DNA of 64,000 nucleotides from an uncultured Candidatus Saccharibacteria bacterium (GTDB lineage: Bacteria; Patescibacteriota; Minisyncoccia; UBA6257; UBA11618), in assembly GCA_964373915.1 (NCBI GenBank), contig CAYJWP010000001.1, positions 51,860-115,859 on the forward strand. The letters are read 5' to 3'. Each line of letters starts with the position of its first letter. Position 1 is the first letter of the stretch. Under the pieces are notes generated by a model. The model made no database searches. It had not been told where the DNA came from and saw only the letters and a list, made by a program, of their open reading frames with translations. This document shows positions 25,978-34,303 of the stretch, one piece after another. The position numbers were made by a program, and so were the translations under genes.

Positions 25978-26048
25978 CTGCGGGACTAGGGCTCGAACCT
26001 AGATTACTTGATTCAGAGTCAAGCGTCCTACCATTAGACGATCCCGCA
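25978..26048 (-). tRNA. tRNA-Gln (anticodon CTG)
   Basis: Minus strand. Acceptor TGCGGGA/TCCCGCA, D-arm GTCT-AATGGTA-GGAC, anticodon stem CTTGA/TCAAG with loop CTCTGAA, T-arm CTAGG-TTCGAGC-CCTAG. Confidence 0.85.
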
Positions 26049-26078
26049 ATTAGATGCTACATTATAGCATAACATCTT

Positions 26079-26642
26079 ATGAAAACCAAGATTATTTTAA
26101 TATTAATAATCGTCGTCTTATTGGCCGGCGGTCTATTCTGGGCCTTTAATAATATACAAAAAAATAAAGAAGAAATTTCCGCCGAGGACCAAGAATTAAG
26201 CGAGGAAGAATTAGTTAATCTTGAAAAATTACTAGGATCGTTGGACGCCGGCCGTGAGCCAGGCACCTCACCTTTTCCCGGTGTTGAATGTTTGGAGGAC
26301 CACTTATTTGCGGAAAGACACATCCACACTTGGCTGGCTATTTTAGTGGATGGTGTTCGCGAGACTATTCCTGCCGATATTGGCATTACCGACAATTGTA
26401 TGGCCGAACTTCATACCCATGCCGACTCGGGACGGATTCATATAGAATCGGTTAAACCCGACATTGAATTCAATCTGGGAGACTTTTTCAGAGTTTGGGG
26501 CGAGCCTTTGGAGAGAAAGGGATACAACCTGCAAATGTCTGTTAAACCGCCCTCTAGTGAAGAGTTTCAATCAAGCTCAGAGTTAGCGGACTTTAAACTC
26601 AAAAACGAGTACCAAATAATCTTAAACTATGCTAAAAAATAG
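26079..26642 (+). CDS. hypothetical membrane-anchored His-rich protein (paralog of 20378-20800)
   Basis: 'RHIHTW...IPADIGIT...ELHTHADSGRIHIE...FFRVWGEPL' aligns with the 20378-20800 product. Confidence 0.5.
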   Translation: MKTKIILILIIVVLLAGGLFWAFNNIQKNKEEISAEDQELSEEELVNLEKLLGSLDAGREPGTSPFPGVECLEDHLFAERHIHTWLAILVDGVRETIPADIGITDNCMAELHTHADSGRIHIESVKPDIEFNLGDFFRVWGEPLERKGYNLQMSVKPPSSEEFQSSSELADFKLKNEYQIILNYAKK

Positions 26643-27444
26643 TATTTTTTGGCCGTTCTCCCTCAAATTGAATTTTTATAATTTTTAATTCTCCAGCAAT
26701 TAATCCTGCCTCTAAAATTTTCATCCGGCGCCCATTGTCCATAGTCCAAACGCCCGGTTCAGGATTGAGCGCTTTTGTTTTTTTCCAGATAGTTTCCGGA
26801 TTATCTTTTCCTAAATCCACAAAAGCGTCCTCAGCGGTTATTTTCTTGGTATAGGATGCTTGGGAATCGTCTTGGGGACGGGGAACAACGCTTCCCGACA
26901 AATATTTAGGCAAAGTCTCTAAAATTAAATCAGCGCTCAAATCAGCCAGTTTTTTAATCAGGGAAGTGTAATTATCTTCGTTGCTTATTGTTAGTTTTGT
27001 CTTTGCTAAAATCAGTCCGTTGTCCATTTTTTCGTCAAGCAGAAATAAAGTGGTACCGGTTTTGGCCTCTCCAGACAAAAGAACGCTTTGGACAGGGGAA
27101 GCCCCTCGATATTTAGGGAGTAAAGAAGGATGAACGCCTATTGTTTTTTTAGGCGGCATTTCAATCAGCCATTTGGGCAGAATTTTTCCATAAGCCGCCA
27201 CCACAAAAAAATCGGCGCCATAACCCTCTATTTTTTGAGCAAAAGAAGCATTGAACGCCTCAGGCTGCAAAACATCGCAGATGCCCTGCGCTAGCTTTTT
27301 AACCGGAGGAGAAGTGATAATCCTCTGGCGGCCGGCCGGTCTGTCGGGATTGGTGACAACCGCCAGCGGTGGCTCGCCCGCCTTGATTAATTTTTCTAAA
27401 ATAATAGCCGCAAATTCTGGGGTGCCAAAAAAAATATACTTCAT
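26632..27444 (-). CDS. fmt: methionyl-tRNA formyltransferase
   Basis: 'MKYIFFGTPEFAA', 'GVHPSLLPKYRGASPVQ'. Immediately downstream of def. Confidence 0.9.
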   Translation of the reverse strand: MKYIFFGTPEFAAIILEKLIKAGEPPLAVVTNPDRPAGRQRIITSPPVKKLAQGICDVLQPEAFNASFAQKIEGYGADFFVVAAYGKILPKWLIEMPPKKTIGVHPSLLPKYRGASPVQSVLLSGEAKTGTTLFLLDEKMDNGLILAKTKLTISNEDNYTSLIKKLADLSADLILETLPKYLSGSVVPRPQDDSQASYTKKITAEDAFVDLGKDNPETIWKKTKALNPEPGVWTMDNGRRMKILEAGLIAGELKIIKIQFEGERPKNTIF

Positions 27445-27932
27445 ACCTTCTTTTCTACTAATTTATAAATCTCTTTAGTCTTATCAATAAATAATTTGCC
27501 TTCAAGATGGTCTAGTTCATGCTGGATAATTCTGGCTAAAAATCCCCAAGCTTTAATTTTTATTTTTTTGCCGCCGGCATCGTACCCTTTTATCCATATC
27601 TTTTCCGCTCTTTTAACTTTTCCGAAATATTCGGGAACGCTTAAGCATCCCTCTTCCATTTCGTCTTCTTCTTTGGATTTTTTTGTCACTTCGGGATTAA
27701 AAATGGCATAAAATTTATTTTCCACCTGCGCCACAAAAACTTTAGCGTTAATACCCACTTGATTAGCGCTTAAACCAATACCGTCCGCCATTTTCATGGC
27801 GATTCTCATATTTTTCAAGATTTCCCTAATTTCTTTTTTAGAATGTTTGCTAAAATCAAAATCATCTGTCTGTTGCCGCAGAAAACTCTCTTCCTTCTTG
27901 TTATTTATTGTAAAAATTGAAAATTTGCTCAT
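27441..27932 (-). CDS. def: peptide deformylase
   Basis: Motifs 'GIGLSANQVG', 'EGCLSVP', 'HELDHLEG'. Confidence 0.92.
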   Translation of the reverse strand: MSKFSIFTINNKKEESFLRQQTDDFDFSKHSKKEIREILKNMRIAMKMADGIGLSANQVGINAKVFVAQVENKFYAIFNPEVTKKSKEEDEMEEGCLSVPEYFGKVKRAEKIWIKGYDAGGKKIKIKAWGFLARIIQHELDHLEGKLFIDKTKEIYKLVEKKV

Positions 27933-27938
27933 TAAAAA

Positions 27939-28229
27939 CTACTTTTTAAACCAGATTTTCATAAAATAAGCGCCTCTGTTTTTTATTTTTTTATTCTCCG
28001 CCACTTTTTGGGCGGTTTCAATCAGCTTTTGATTATCATATTTTTTTGCCAAACGCATGTATAATGATTTGTGCTCATTGTCCTCAAGCAGAGACGCCAA
28101 ACGCAAGCCGGTCAACTGATAAGGGGTATAAACCTTAGAAACTCTTGTCCTTTCAGTTAATGTTTTTATATAATCGGGGACTATTTTTTTAAATTCTTCC
28201 ACTGTCCCTATTATAATGCACCTATCCAT
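27939..28229 (-). CDS. hypothetical protein (96 aa)
   Basis: ORF immediately upstream of def in the same orientation. No recognisable motif. Confidence 0.4.
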   Translation of the reverse strand: MDRCIIIGTVEEFKKIVPDYIKTLTERTRVSKVYTPYQLTGLRLASLLEDNEHKSLYMRLAKKYDNQKLIETAQKVAENKKIKNRGAYFMKIWFKK

Positions 28230-28270
28230 CCCTTTTCAAGATAATAAAAAAAGGGCATAATAATAAAATT

Positions 28271-29491
28271 ATGTCGCCTCAACTAAAAAACTATCTTTTA
28301 GCGGCCGCCGTTATTTTTTTGGTGTTAGCTTCTGGTGTTAATGGCTATTATCTAGGCACTCAACATCCTAAAACAATTATTGTTAAAGGGGTTGATAATA
28401 TAGAAAATGGCGCCATTAATAATAATGACTTTGGAATTTTTTGGCAGACTTGGGATATTATCAAAAAAAATTATCTCAGAACCGACCAGATAAAAAATCA
28501 GGATTTGGTTTATGGTTCGGCCGCTGGTCTAGTTGCCGCTCTTAATGACCCTTATTCTATTTTCCTTCCTCCCTCCGACTCTAAAAAATTTGCCGATGAT
28601 ATTCGGGGAGCTTTTGGCGGTATTGGCGCGGAAATCGGCACCAAGGGAGATTTTGTGGTTATTATCGCTCCGCTTAAAGATTCTCCGGCTGAAAAATCCG
28701 GTCTGAAAGCGGGGGATAAGATTCTAGAGGTTAATGCTAGTTCTACTATTAACATGGGCATAGAGGATGTTATTAAAAAAATCCGCGGTCCCAGAGGCAC
28801 TAAAGTTATTTTAACAATATTAAGCAATGGTTCCGACAAACCTAAAAAAGTGGAAGTTGTCCGCGACACCATTAAAGTGCCGACTATTAAATGGGAGATG
28901 AAAGATGATAAGATAGCCCACCTTCAGCTTTTTAGTTTTAATGAGGCGGCGCCCCAGCTTTTTGTTAATGCTCTTAACGAGATTCTAGCCGCCGACGCTC
29001 GGGGTCTGGTGTTTGATTTACGCAACAACCCCGGTGGTTTCCTAGAGGTGGCTGTCAGCATGGCTGGAGTTTTTATTGAAAATGGCAAAGAGGTGGTGGC
29101 GGAGGAGTTTGCTTCCGGCAAACGCAATCCTTTTTTTTCTAAAGGCAGCGCCGTCCTTAAAGATTTTCCCATGATTATCCTTATTAATAAGGGCTCGGCT
29201 TCGGCTAGCGAAATATTAGCCGGCGCTATTCGCGACCATAATGGAATTAAATTATTAGGGGAGAAAAGCTTTGGCAAAGGCACGGTTCAGGAATTAAAGG
29301 AGCTACCCGATGGCTCCAGCGTTAAAATAACCGTTGCTCACTGGGTTTTGCCCAAAGGAGGAGTAATTGAGAGCAATGGCCTTGAGCCGGAAGTTGAGAT
29401 TAAAATAACCGATGAAGACATAGAGGCCAAGCGCGACCCGCAACTGGAAAAGGCAATAGAAATTTTAAAAAGCCAGCTTGTAAAAGAATAA
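28271..29491 (+). CDS. C-terminal processing peptidase (S41 family, PDZ-containing)
   Basis: PDZ 'GIGAEIGTKGDFVVIIAPLKDSPAEKSGLKAGDKILEVN'. Catalytic region 'NKGSASASEILAGA' and 'GEKSFGKGTVQ'. Confidence 0.88.
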   Translation: MSPQLKNYLLAAAVIFLVLASGVNGYYLGTQHPKTIIVKGVDNIENGAINNNDFGIFWQTWDIIKKNYLRTDQIKNQDLVYGSAAGLVAALNDPYSIFLPPSDSKKFADDIRGAFGGIGAEIGTKGDFVVIIAPLKDSPAEKSGLKAGDKILEVNASSTINMGIEDVIKKIRGPRGTKVILTILSNGSDKPKKVEVVRDTIKVPTIKWEMKDDKIAHLQLFSFNEAAPQLFVNALNEILAADARGLVFDLRNNPGGFLEVAVSMAGVFIENGKEVVAEEFASGKRNPFFSKGSAVLKDFPMIILINKGSASASEILAGAIRDHNGIKLLGEKSFGKGTVQELKELPDGSSVKITVAHWVLPKGGVIESNGLEPEVEIKITDEDIEAKRDPQLEKAIEILKSQLVKE

Positions 29492-29496
29492 TAACC

Positions 29497-29928
29497 ATGA
29501 GAGTAATCTTGCTGCAAGATGTGAAAAAGTTAGGCAAAAAACTTGACGTCATTAGTGTTAAAGACGGCTTCGCCCGCAATTTTCTTTTTCCCCAAAAATT
29601 AGCAGTGATTGCTGATAGTCAATCTTTGGCGCAGAAAAAATCAGTTGAGAATAAGATTAGCGGCAATCAAAAAAAATATGAGGGCTTTGCCTTAAAATTA
29701 GCGGAAGAAGTTTTGAATTTTCCTGTTAAGGTCGGAGAAAAAGGGGAGGTTTTCGAGCCCGTCAACAAGGAGAAAATCAAGCGGTCGTTGTTATCTTTGG
29801 GATATAGTGACTTTGAAATTAATCTTAACCAATCGTTAAAAAAAGACGGCGATCACTTAGTAGATATCAGCTTTCCTTTTGCTATTAAAAGCAAGGTCAA
29901 GGTTAGACTGACACCGAAACAACCTTGA
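29497..29928 (+). CDS. rplI: 50S ribosomal protein L9
   Basis: '[32 protein letters not shown]'. Confidence 0.9.
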   Translation: MRVILLQDVKKLGKKLDVISVKDGFARNFLFPQKLAVIADSQSLAQKKSVENKISGNQKKYEGFALKLAEEVLNFPVKVGEKGEVFEPVNKEKIKRSLLSLGYSDFEINLNQSLKKDGDHLVDISFPFAIKSKVKVRLTPKQP

Positions 29929-30178
29929 AATAACGGCGCGAACGGTCAAAGCGGTTCTTCTTTTTAGAGGTAAACCTGACTATGCCTGTTTTTAATGCGT
30001 AGAGAGTATCATCAGCCCCTCTAGCAACATTATCGCCATTGACATAACGAGTGCCTCTTTGACGCACTATAATCTGGCCGGGTAGAACCCGCTCCCCATC
30101 ATTTTTTTTAATACCCAGGCGCTTTGATTCGGAGTCGCGCCCTAGTTTTGTTGAACCTAGTTGTTTTGTATGCGCCAT
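29903..30178 (-). CDS. rpmA: 50S ribosomal protein L27
   Basis: '[24 protein letters not shown]...[15 protein letters not shown]'. Convergent 26-nt overlap with rplI. Confidence 0.9.
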   Translation of the reverse strand: MAHTKQLGSTKLGRDSESKRLGIKKNDGERVLPGQIIVRQRGTRYVNGDNVARGADDTLYALKTGIVRFTSKKKNRFDRSRRYFKVVSVSV

Positions 30179-30227
30179 GCCTTTAAAATATCAATTCGCC
30201 TATTATACTATATCATTATGCAAAAAT

Positions 30228-30364
30228 TGTCAAAAATACAGATTATCGCAGCGGCAGTTTTCCTACTGCTTTTTGCCTCCGCCGCCTTCGCCTCTGGTTA
30301 TCTGTATCGCGGCCAAGTTAATCGCGCCCCCATTATCATTGAAAAATGCTCGGATAGCCTATAA
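30228..30364 (+). CDS. possible small signal-peptide protein (45 aa)
   Basis: ATG at 30228, then 'IIAAAVFLLLFASAAFASG'. Immediately upstream of pgk. The 30161 start is an ORF-caller extension. Confidence 0.25.
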
Positions 30365-30375
30365 AATTATTGTTA

Positions 30376-31350
30376 ATGCGTTTTTTGAGCCAGCTAAATA
30401 AAGATTATCTTCAGGGTAAAACCTGCCTTTTGCGTATTAATCTGGATATTAAAGATCCTAAACAGGATTCCATCCGATTAGAAGCCTCCTTGCCCTCTAT
30501 AAAATTATTATCCGGAGCCGGCTCTAAAGTTATTATTCTCAGCCATCGTGGCCGGCCCCAAAAGGTTGAGTTAGAGCTTTCGTTAAAACCGCTCGTTGAA
30601 ATTCTTTCGCAAAAAATCGGCACTAAACTGGATTGGTTGGAGAATCTGCGCTTTGATCCCCGCGAACAGAAAAATAGCGATGAGTTTGGGAAAGAGCTTG
30701 CTTCTAAAGGGGATTTTTTTGTTAATGATGATTTTGCCGTTTCCCACAGAAATAATGCTTCGGTGGTGGCTATCGCCAAACATCTTCCTTCTTTTGCCGG
30801 ACTGCGGCTGGAAGAAGAAATAAAAACACTGACAGCTGTCCGGGATAATTCCCAAAAGCCGCTGGTGGTGATTCTGGGAGGGATTAAAATAGAGGACAAG
30901 ATTGGAGTGATAGAAAATCTGCAAAATCAAGCGGATTATTTTCTTATGGGTAGCGCTTATGTTGATTTAGAACATCCAGCCTTGCAATCGCCCAAGATTA
31001 TTATTCCGGAAGATTGGCTGTCTGGGGAAGGAAAAAAATTAGACATCGGCCCCAAAACAATAAAAAGATTTTCTCAGATAATATCCTCGTCTAAAACTAT
31101 CATCTGGAATGGGCCTTTAGGCCAGTTTGAAAATTACCAATACCTTACCGGTTCCAAAAAAATTGCCGAGGCTATTATCAAATCCGGAGCTTTTTCAGTA
31201 ATTGGCGGAGGAGATACCGACCAGATGCTAAATCAGTTAGGCATTAATAATAAATTTAATTTTGTTTCAACCGGAGGAGGAGCGATGCTGGAATTTTTAG
31301 CGGGCAAAAAACTTCCCGCTTTGGAGGCGCTGGAAAATAATAAATTATGA
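30376..31350 (+). CDS. pgk: phosphoglycerate kinase (compact, 324 aa)
   Basis: 'LLRINLDIKD...IRLEASLPSIKLL', 'ILSHRGRP', 'GGGDT', 'STGGGAMLEFLAGKKLPALEAL'. Confidence 0.85.
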   Translation: MRFLSQLNKDYLQGKTCLLRINLDIKDPKQDSIRLEASLPSIKLLSGAGSKVIILSHRGRPQKVELELSLKPLVEILSQKIGTKLDWLENLRFDPREQKNSDEFGKELASKGDFFVNDDFAVSHRNNASVVAIAKHLPSFAGLRLEEEIKTLTAVRDNSQKPLVVILGGIKIEDKIGVIENLQNQADYFLMGSAYVDLEHPALQSPKIIIPEDWLSGEGKKLDIGPKTIKRFSQIISSSKTIIWNGPLGQFENYQYLTGSKKIAEAIIKSGAFSVIGGGDTDQMLNQLGINNKFNFVSTGGGAMLEFLAGKKLPALEALENNKL

Positions 31351-32189
31351 ATATAAAAAAGATAGTCATTCTTTATCATGGCAACTGTTCGGATGGCTTC
31401 GGAGGCGCTTGGGCTGCTTATAAAAAATTCGGCAATAAGGCGGACTATATTGCTTTTAGCCATTTGAATGAGCCAAAAATTTTTGAAAATAAAGAGATTT
31501 ATTTTATTGATTTTATTTATAAGTCCGAGTCGCTGATAAAAAAACTTCTTAAAACAAATGAAAGGGTTACCGCTATAGACCATCATATCACCGCAAAGAA
31601 TTTAGTGGCATTAACTCAAAATTATTCTTACGACATAAACAGCTCCGGAGCAGTTCTGGCCTGGAAATATTTTCATCCCCAAAAACCAGTGCCAAAATTG
31701 CTGAAATACATAGAAGACTTTGATTTATGGAGATTTTATCTTCCTTACACTAAGGAGGTGATGACTTATTTAGGTTCGGCAGATTTTAGTTTTATTAAAT
31801 GGAATAAGTTGGCGGATGACTTTGAAAAAGCTGGCGCTCGCAAAAAATATATTGAAAAAGGCGGCATTGCTTGGCAACATGAAAAAAAAATAATGGCCGA
31901 GATGGCCGAGGAAAACAAATATCTGGTGAAATTTAATGGCCACAAGGTTTTTGCTATCAACGCTCCTCACCACTTCGCCTCTTATTTGGGGCATAGTTTA
32001 GTAAAGGAAAAACCGCCTCTGGCAATTATTTGGAGTCAAAAAGGAGATGAAATTAAAGTCTCTCTTAGGTCTAGTGGCGAAGTTGATGTCGGTTTGCTGG
32101 CTAAAAAATATGGCGGCGGCGGGCACAAATCAGCCGCCGGTTTTGCTGTTAACGGCTGGAAAAAAATACCATGGACTCCAATAAAATAA
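31347..32189 (+). CDS. DHH/DHHA1 phosphoesterase (NrnA-like oligoribonuclease / pAp phosphatase)
   Basis: 'AIDHH' (DHH motif) and DHHA1 'YGGGGHKSAAGF'. Confidence 0.8.
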   Translation: MNIKKIVILYHGNCSDGFGGAWAAYKKFGNKADYIAFSHLNEPKIFENKEIYFIDFIYKSESLIKKLLKTNERVTAIDHHITAKNLVALTQNYSYDINSSGAVLAWKYFHPQKPVPKLLKYIEDFDLWRFYLPYTKEVMTYLGSADFSFIKWNKLADDFEKAGARKKYIEKGGIAWQHEKKIMAEMAEENKYLVKFNGHKVFAINAPHHFASYLGHSLVKEKPPLAIIWSQKGDEIKVSLRSSGEVDVGLLAKKYGGGGHKSAAGFAVNGWKKIPWTPIK

Positions 32190-32599
32190 TCGTATACACC
32201 GACGGCGGAGCCAGAGGCAATCCCGGCCCAGCGGCAGTTGGCGTTGTTGTTTATATAAAATCTAAAACAAAAAAAGAGCTTTATGAATACAGCCGGTATA
32301 TCGGCGAAAGCACCAACAATATAGCCGAATACCAAGCCGTTATTTTAGCTTTGGAGAATATTAAAAAAATGCTTAAAAGTAAATCCAAAAATAGCGAACT
32401 AGAAATTAATGTTGATAGCGAGCTTTTGTACAGGCAGGTTAGGGGAGAGTATCGGGTCAAAATGCCTCATCTAAAGCCACTTGTTGCAAAGGTAAAAAAA
32501 CTAAGTGAAACTTTTAAAAAAGTTGATTTTAATTTGGTGCGCAGAGAACAGAATAGGGAGGCGGATCAGTTAGTTAATGAAGCATTGGATAAAAACTAA
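32171..32599 (+). CDS. rnhA: ribonuclease HI
   Basis: 'IIVYTDGGARGNPGPAAVGVVVY', 'TNNIAEYQAVILAL', C-terminal 'REQNREADQL'. Confidence 0.85.
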   Translation: MDSNKIIVYTDGGARGNPGPAAVGVVVYIKSKTKKELYEYSRYIGESTNNIAEYQAVILALENIKKMLKSKSKNSELEINVDSELLYRQVRGEYRVKMPHLKPLVAKVKKLSETFKKVDFNLVRREQNREADQLVNEALDKN

Positions 32600-32641
32600 C
32601 AACTAAACCATTTGGACGATCGTCCAAATGGTTTAGTTGTT
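32598..32641. repeat. 44-bp perfect palindrome (22-bp arms centred on GATC) starting at the rnhA stop codon
   Basis: 'AACAACTAAACCATTTGGACGA|TCGTCCAAATGGTTTAGTTGTT'. The right arm abuts or overlaps the rnpB -35 'TTGACA'. Confidence 0.9.
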
Positions 32642-32668
32642 GACAAAACACAAATTTTAGAGTACAAT
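32640..32668 (+). promoter_or_regulatory. consensus sigma70 promoter (TTGACA-17-TACAAT) for RNase P RNA
   Basis: Hexamers read directly. RNA 5' end predicted about 7 nt downstream. Confidence 0.7.
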
Positions 32669-32674
32669 AAAAAA

Positions 32675-33056
32675 GGAAACTTAAATAGCAGCTGTTGTCC
32701 GCCATCGTTAAAGCTATAGCGGATGATAGAGGAAAGTCCGGACACTTGCCCAGCGCATATGCTGTGCGGTGGGAATGGTAGTAGTCGAAAGGCTACCGGT
32801 ATAAGCTGATGCCAGAGACAATAGGCATCGGTGAAGCCAGAGGTGCGAGCAGTGACGCTTTGGAGCGAAAGCTCTGAAGGGGCCCGATCCCAAGCTAGTT
32901 GGCCTAATCCAGTATAGGGATAAAAAACTGGGGTGAAACGGCTAAATCCTTACCTGAGTGCAAGGCCGTATCCTGAGTTTATCGAAGGAGGTGCCGCATA
33001 GATAAATTGCTATTATCCGCCAGCTGGCGGAACAGAATCCGGCTTATTGGTTTCCC
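32675..33056 (+). ncRNA. rnpB: RNase P RNA (bacterial type A-like)
   Basis: Universal elements 'GAGGAAAGTCCGGAC' and 'GGGGTGAAACGGC', plus 'ACAGAATCCGGCTTAT' just before the 3' strand of P1 (ggaaac / gtttcc). About 380 nt. Confidence 0.85.
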
Positions 33057-33102
33057 AAAAACTCCCCTCCGCCGGTTGGCGGAATAGGGGAGTTTTTGTT
33101 TT
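33057..33102 (+). terminator. rho-independent terminator after rnpB
   Basis: 'ACTCCCCT...AGGGGAGTTTTTGTTTT'. Confidence 0.75.
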
Positions 33103-33130
33103 GACTTTTAAATGAAAAAGTGCTTATAAT
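33101..33130 (+). promoter_or_regulatory. sigma70-like promoter (TTGACT-17/18-TTATAAT) for the IDO-like gene
   Basis: Followed by a strong SD 'AAAGGAGAGGG' 6 nt before the ATG at 33175. Confidence 0.55.
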
Positions 33131-33174
33131 TCGTCAGTTTTTAGCACCTTGAATTTTCACAAAGGAGAGGGCAA

Positions 33175-34293
33175 ATGAATGTTTTACAAGGAGAAAGATT
33201 TCAAGGCCTCAATCGCCTAATGGAAAACCTTCCTTATTATTTCTCCACCGGCTTAATCAGGGGAGCTCACTACACCCATCGGCTGGAATCTCATGCCGAA
33301 CTTCACAAGCTTAATATTGATGAATTAAAAAACTTAGAAGCGTTAGCTTTATTTCGTGACTTGGCTTTTGCCTCCGCCGCCTTTTACCATGCTCGTAACG
33401 CTGATCCAATAGAAAATCTGCCGCGGTGCTATGCCGTTCCCTTGCATGAGTTATCCAAAAGATTCGGCGTCAGGCCGACTCTTTCTTACTTCCTTTACGC
33501 TCAAGCCAACTGTTACGCTCCCAATCCTGGCAGGCCGTTCTCTCTAGACAACGCTAGAACTATCCGCCACTTTGTCAGCGTAATGGATGAAGAGTGGTTC
33601 ATTATCATTCACGCTGTCATTGAAGATATTTTTGCCAACTTCGGTAAAACGGGAATTAAAAAAGTTTGTCTTTGCTTGGAACGCAACGATAAAGATTATG
33701 TCCTTTTAGGCTTCCGTAATATTAATTTTGCCCTAAATGAAATCTACAAAGTGTTCCTGCAAATGCCCTTGGGCTGTAATCCGCATGTTTACTTTAAAGA
33801 AGTGCGGCCGCAGATTATGCCTTTCAAAAATTTAATTTACAATGGCGTTGCCGAACTGGAAGAAAAACCGCAGTCATTTGTCGCTGGTGAAACCGGCGCC
33901 CAAAGCACTATTATGCCGATTCTGGATGCCTTTACCGGCACCAAGCACGCCCCGACCGACGGCTTTAATTTCGTCAGAGAGATGAGGAATTATATGCCGC
34001 GCAGAGAACTTCAACTTATTGAATCACTGGAGAGAGGACCTTCGGTAAAAGAGTTTGTTGTTGGAAGCGGGATTCAGCTGCTGGCCGAAGAATTTGATAA
34101 TATTGTTCTGGGGAAACACCGGTTTCGCCAGCTTCATTATAGATACGCCCAAGATTATATATTCCAATTTAAAGAATTAACTCCCCAAGATGGCACAGGG
34201 GGCACTCCGGCTTCTAAGTGGCTGAAGCAAATGGAGGAGGAAACGTTAGATAATCTTATTGACAAAAGCCGTATGCCCACCAACCCCGCCTAG
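33175..34293 (+). CDS. indoleamine 2,3-dioxygenase (IDO)-family heme dioxygenase-like protein
   Basis: Blocks alignable from memory to human IDO1: 'LPRCYAVPLHELSKRF...PTLSY...ANCY', 'FVAGETGAQS', 'FVREMRNYMPRRELQLIESLERGPSVKEFVVGSG', 'GTGGTPASKWLKQMEEET'. Candidate proximal His in 'RQLHYRY'. Confidence 0.8.
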   Translation: MNVLQGERFQGLNRLMENLPYYFSTGLIRGAHYTHRLESHAELHKLNIDELKNLEALALFRDLAFASAAFYHARNADPIENLPRCYAVPLHELSKRFGVRPTLSYFLYAQANCYAPNPGRPFSLDNARTIRHFVSVMDEEWFIIIHAVIEDIFANFGKTGIKKVCLCLERNDKDYVLLGFRNINFALNEIYKVFLQMPLGCNPHVYFKEVRPQIMPFKNLIYNGVAELEEKPQSFVAGETGAQSTIMPILDAFTGTKHAPTDGFNFVREMRNYMPRRELQLIESLERGPSVKEFVVGSGIQLLAEEFDNIVLGKHRFRQLHYRYAQDYIFQFKELTPQDGTGGTPASKWLKQMEEETLDNLIDKSRMPTNPA

Positions 34294-34303
34294 CGGGGTT
34301 TTT
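34284..34303. terminator. bidirectional hairpin terminator overlapping both convergent stop codons
   Basis: 'CCCCGCCTAGCGGGGTTTTT'. Confidence 0.65.

Noticed and set aside
30583-30930. 115-aa and 162-aa minus-strand ORFs inside pgk
   Set aside because: They are antisense to a confidently identified PGK. These are shadow ORFs.
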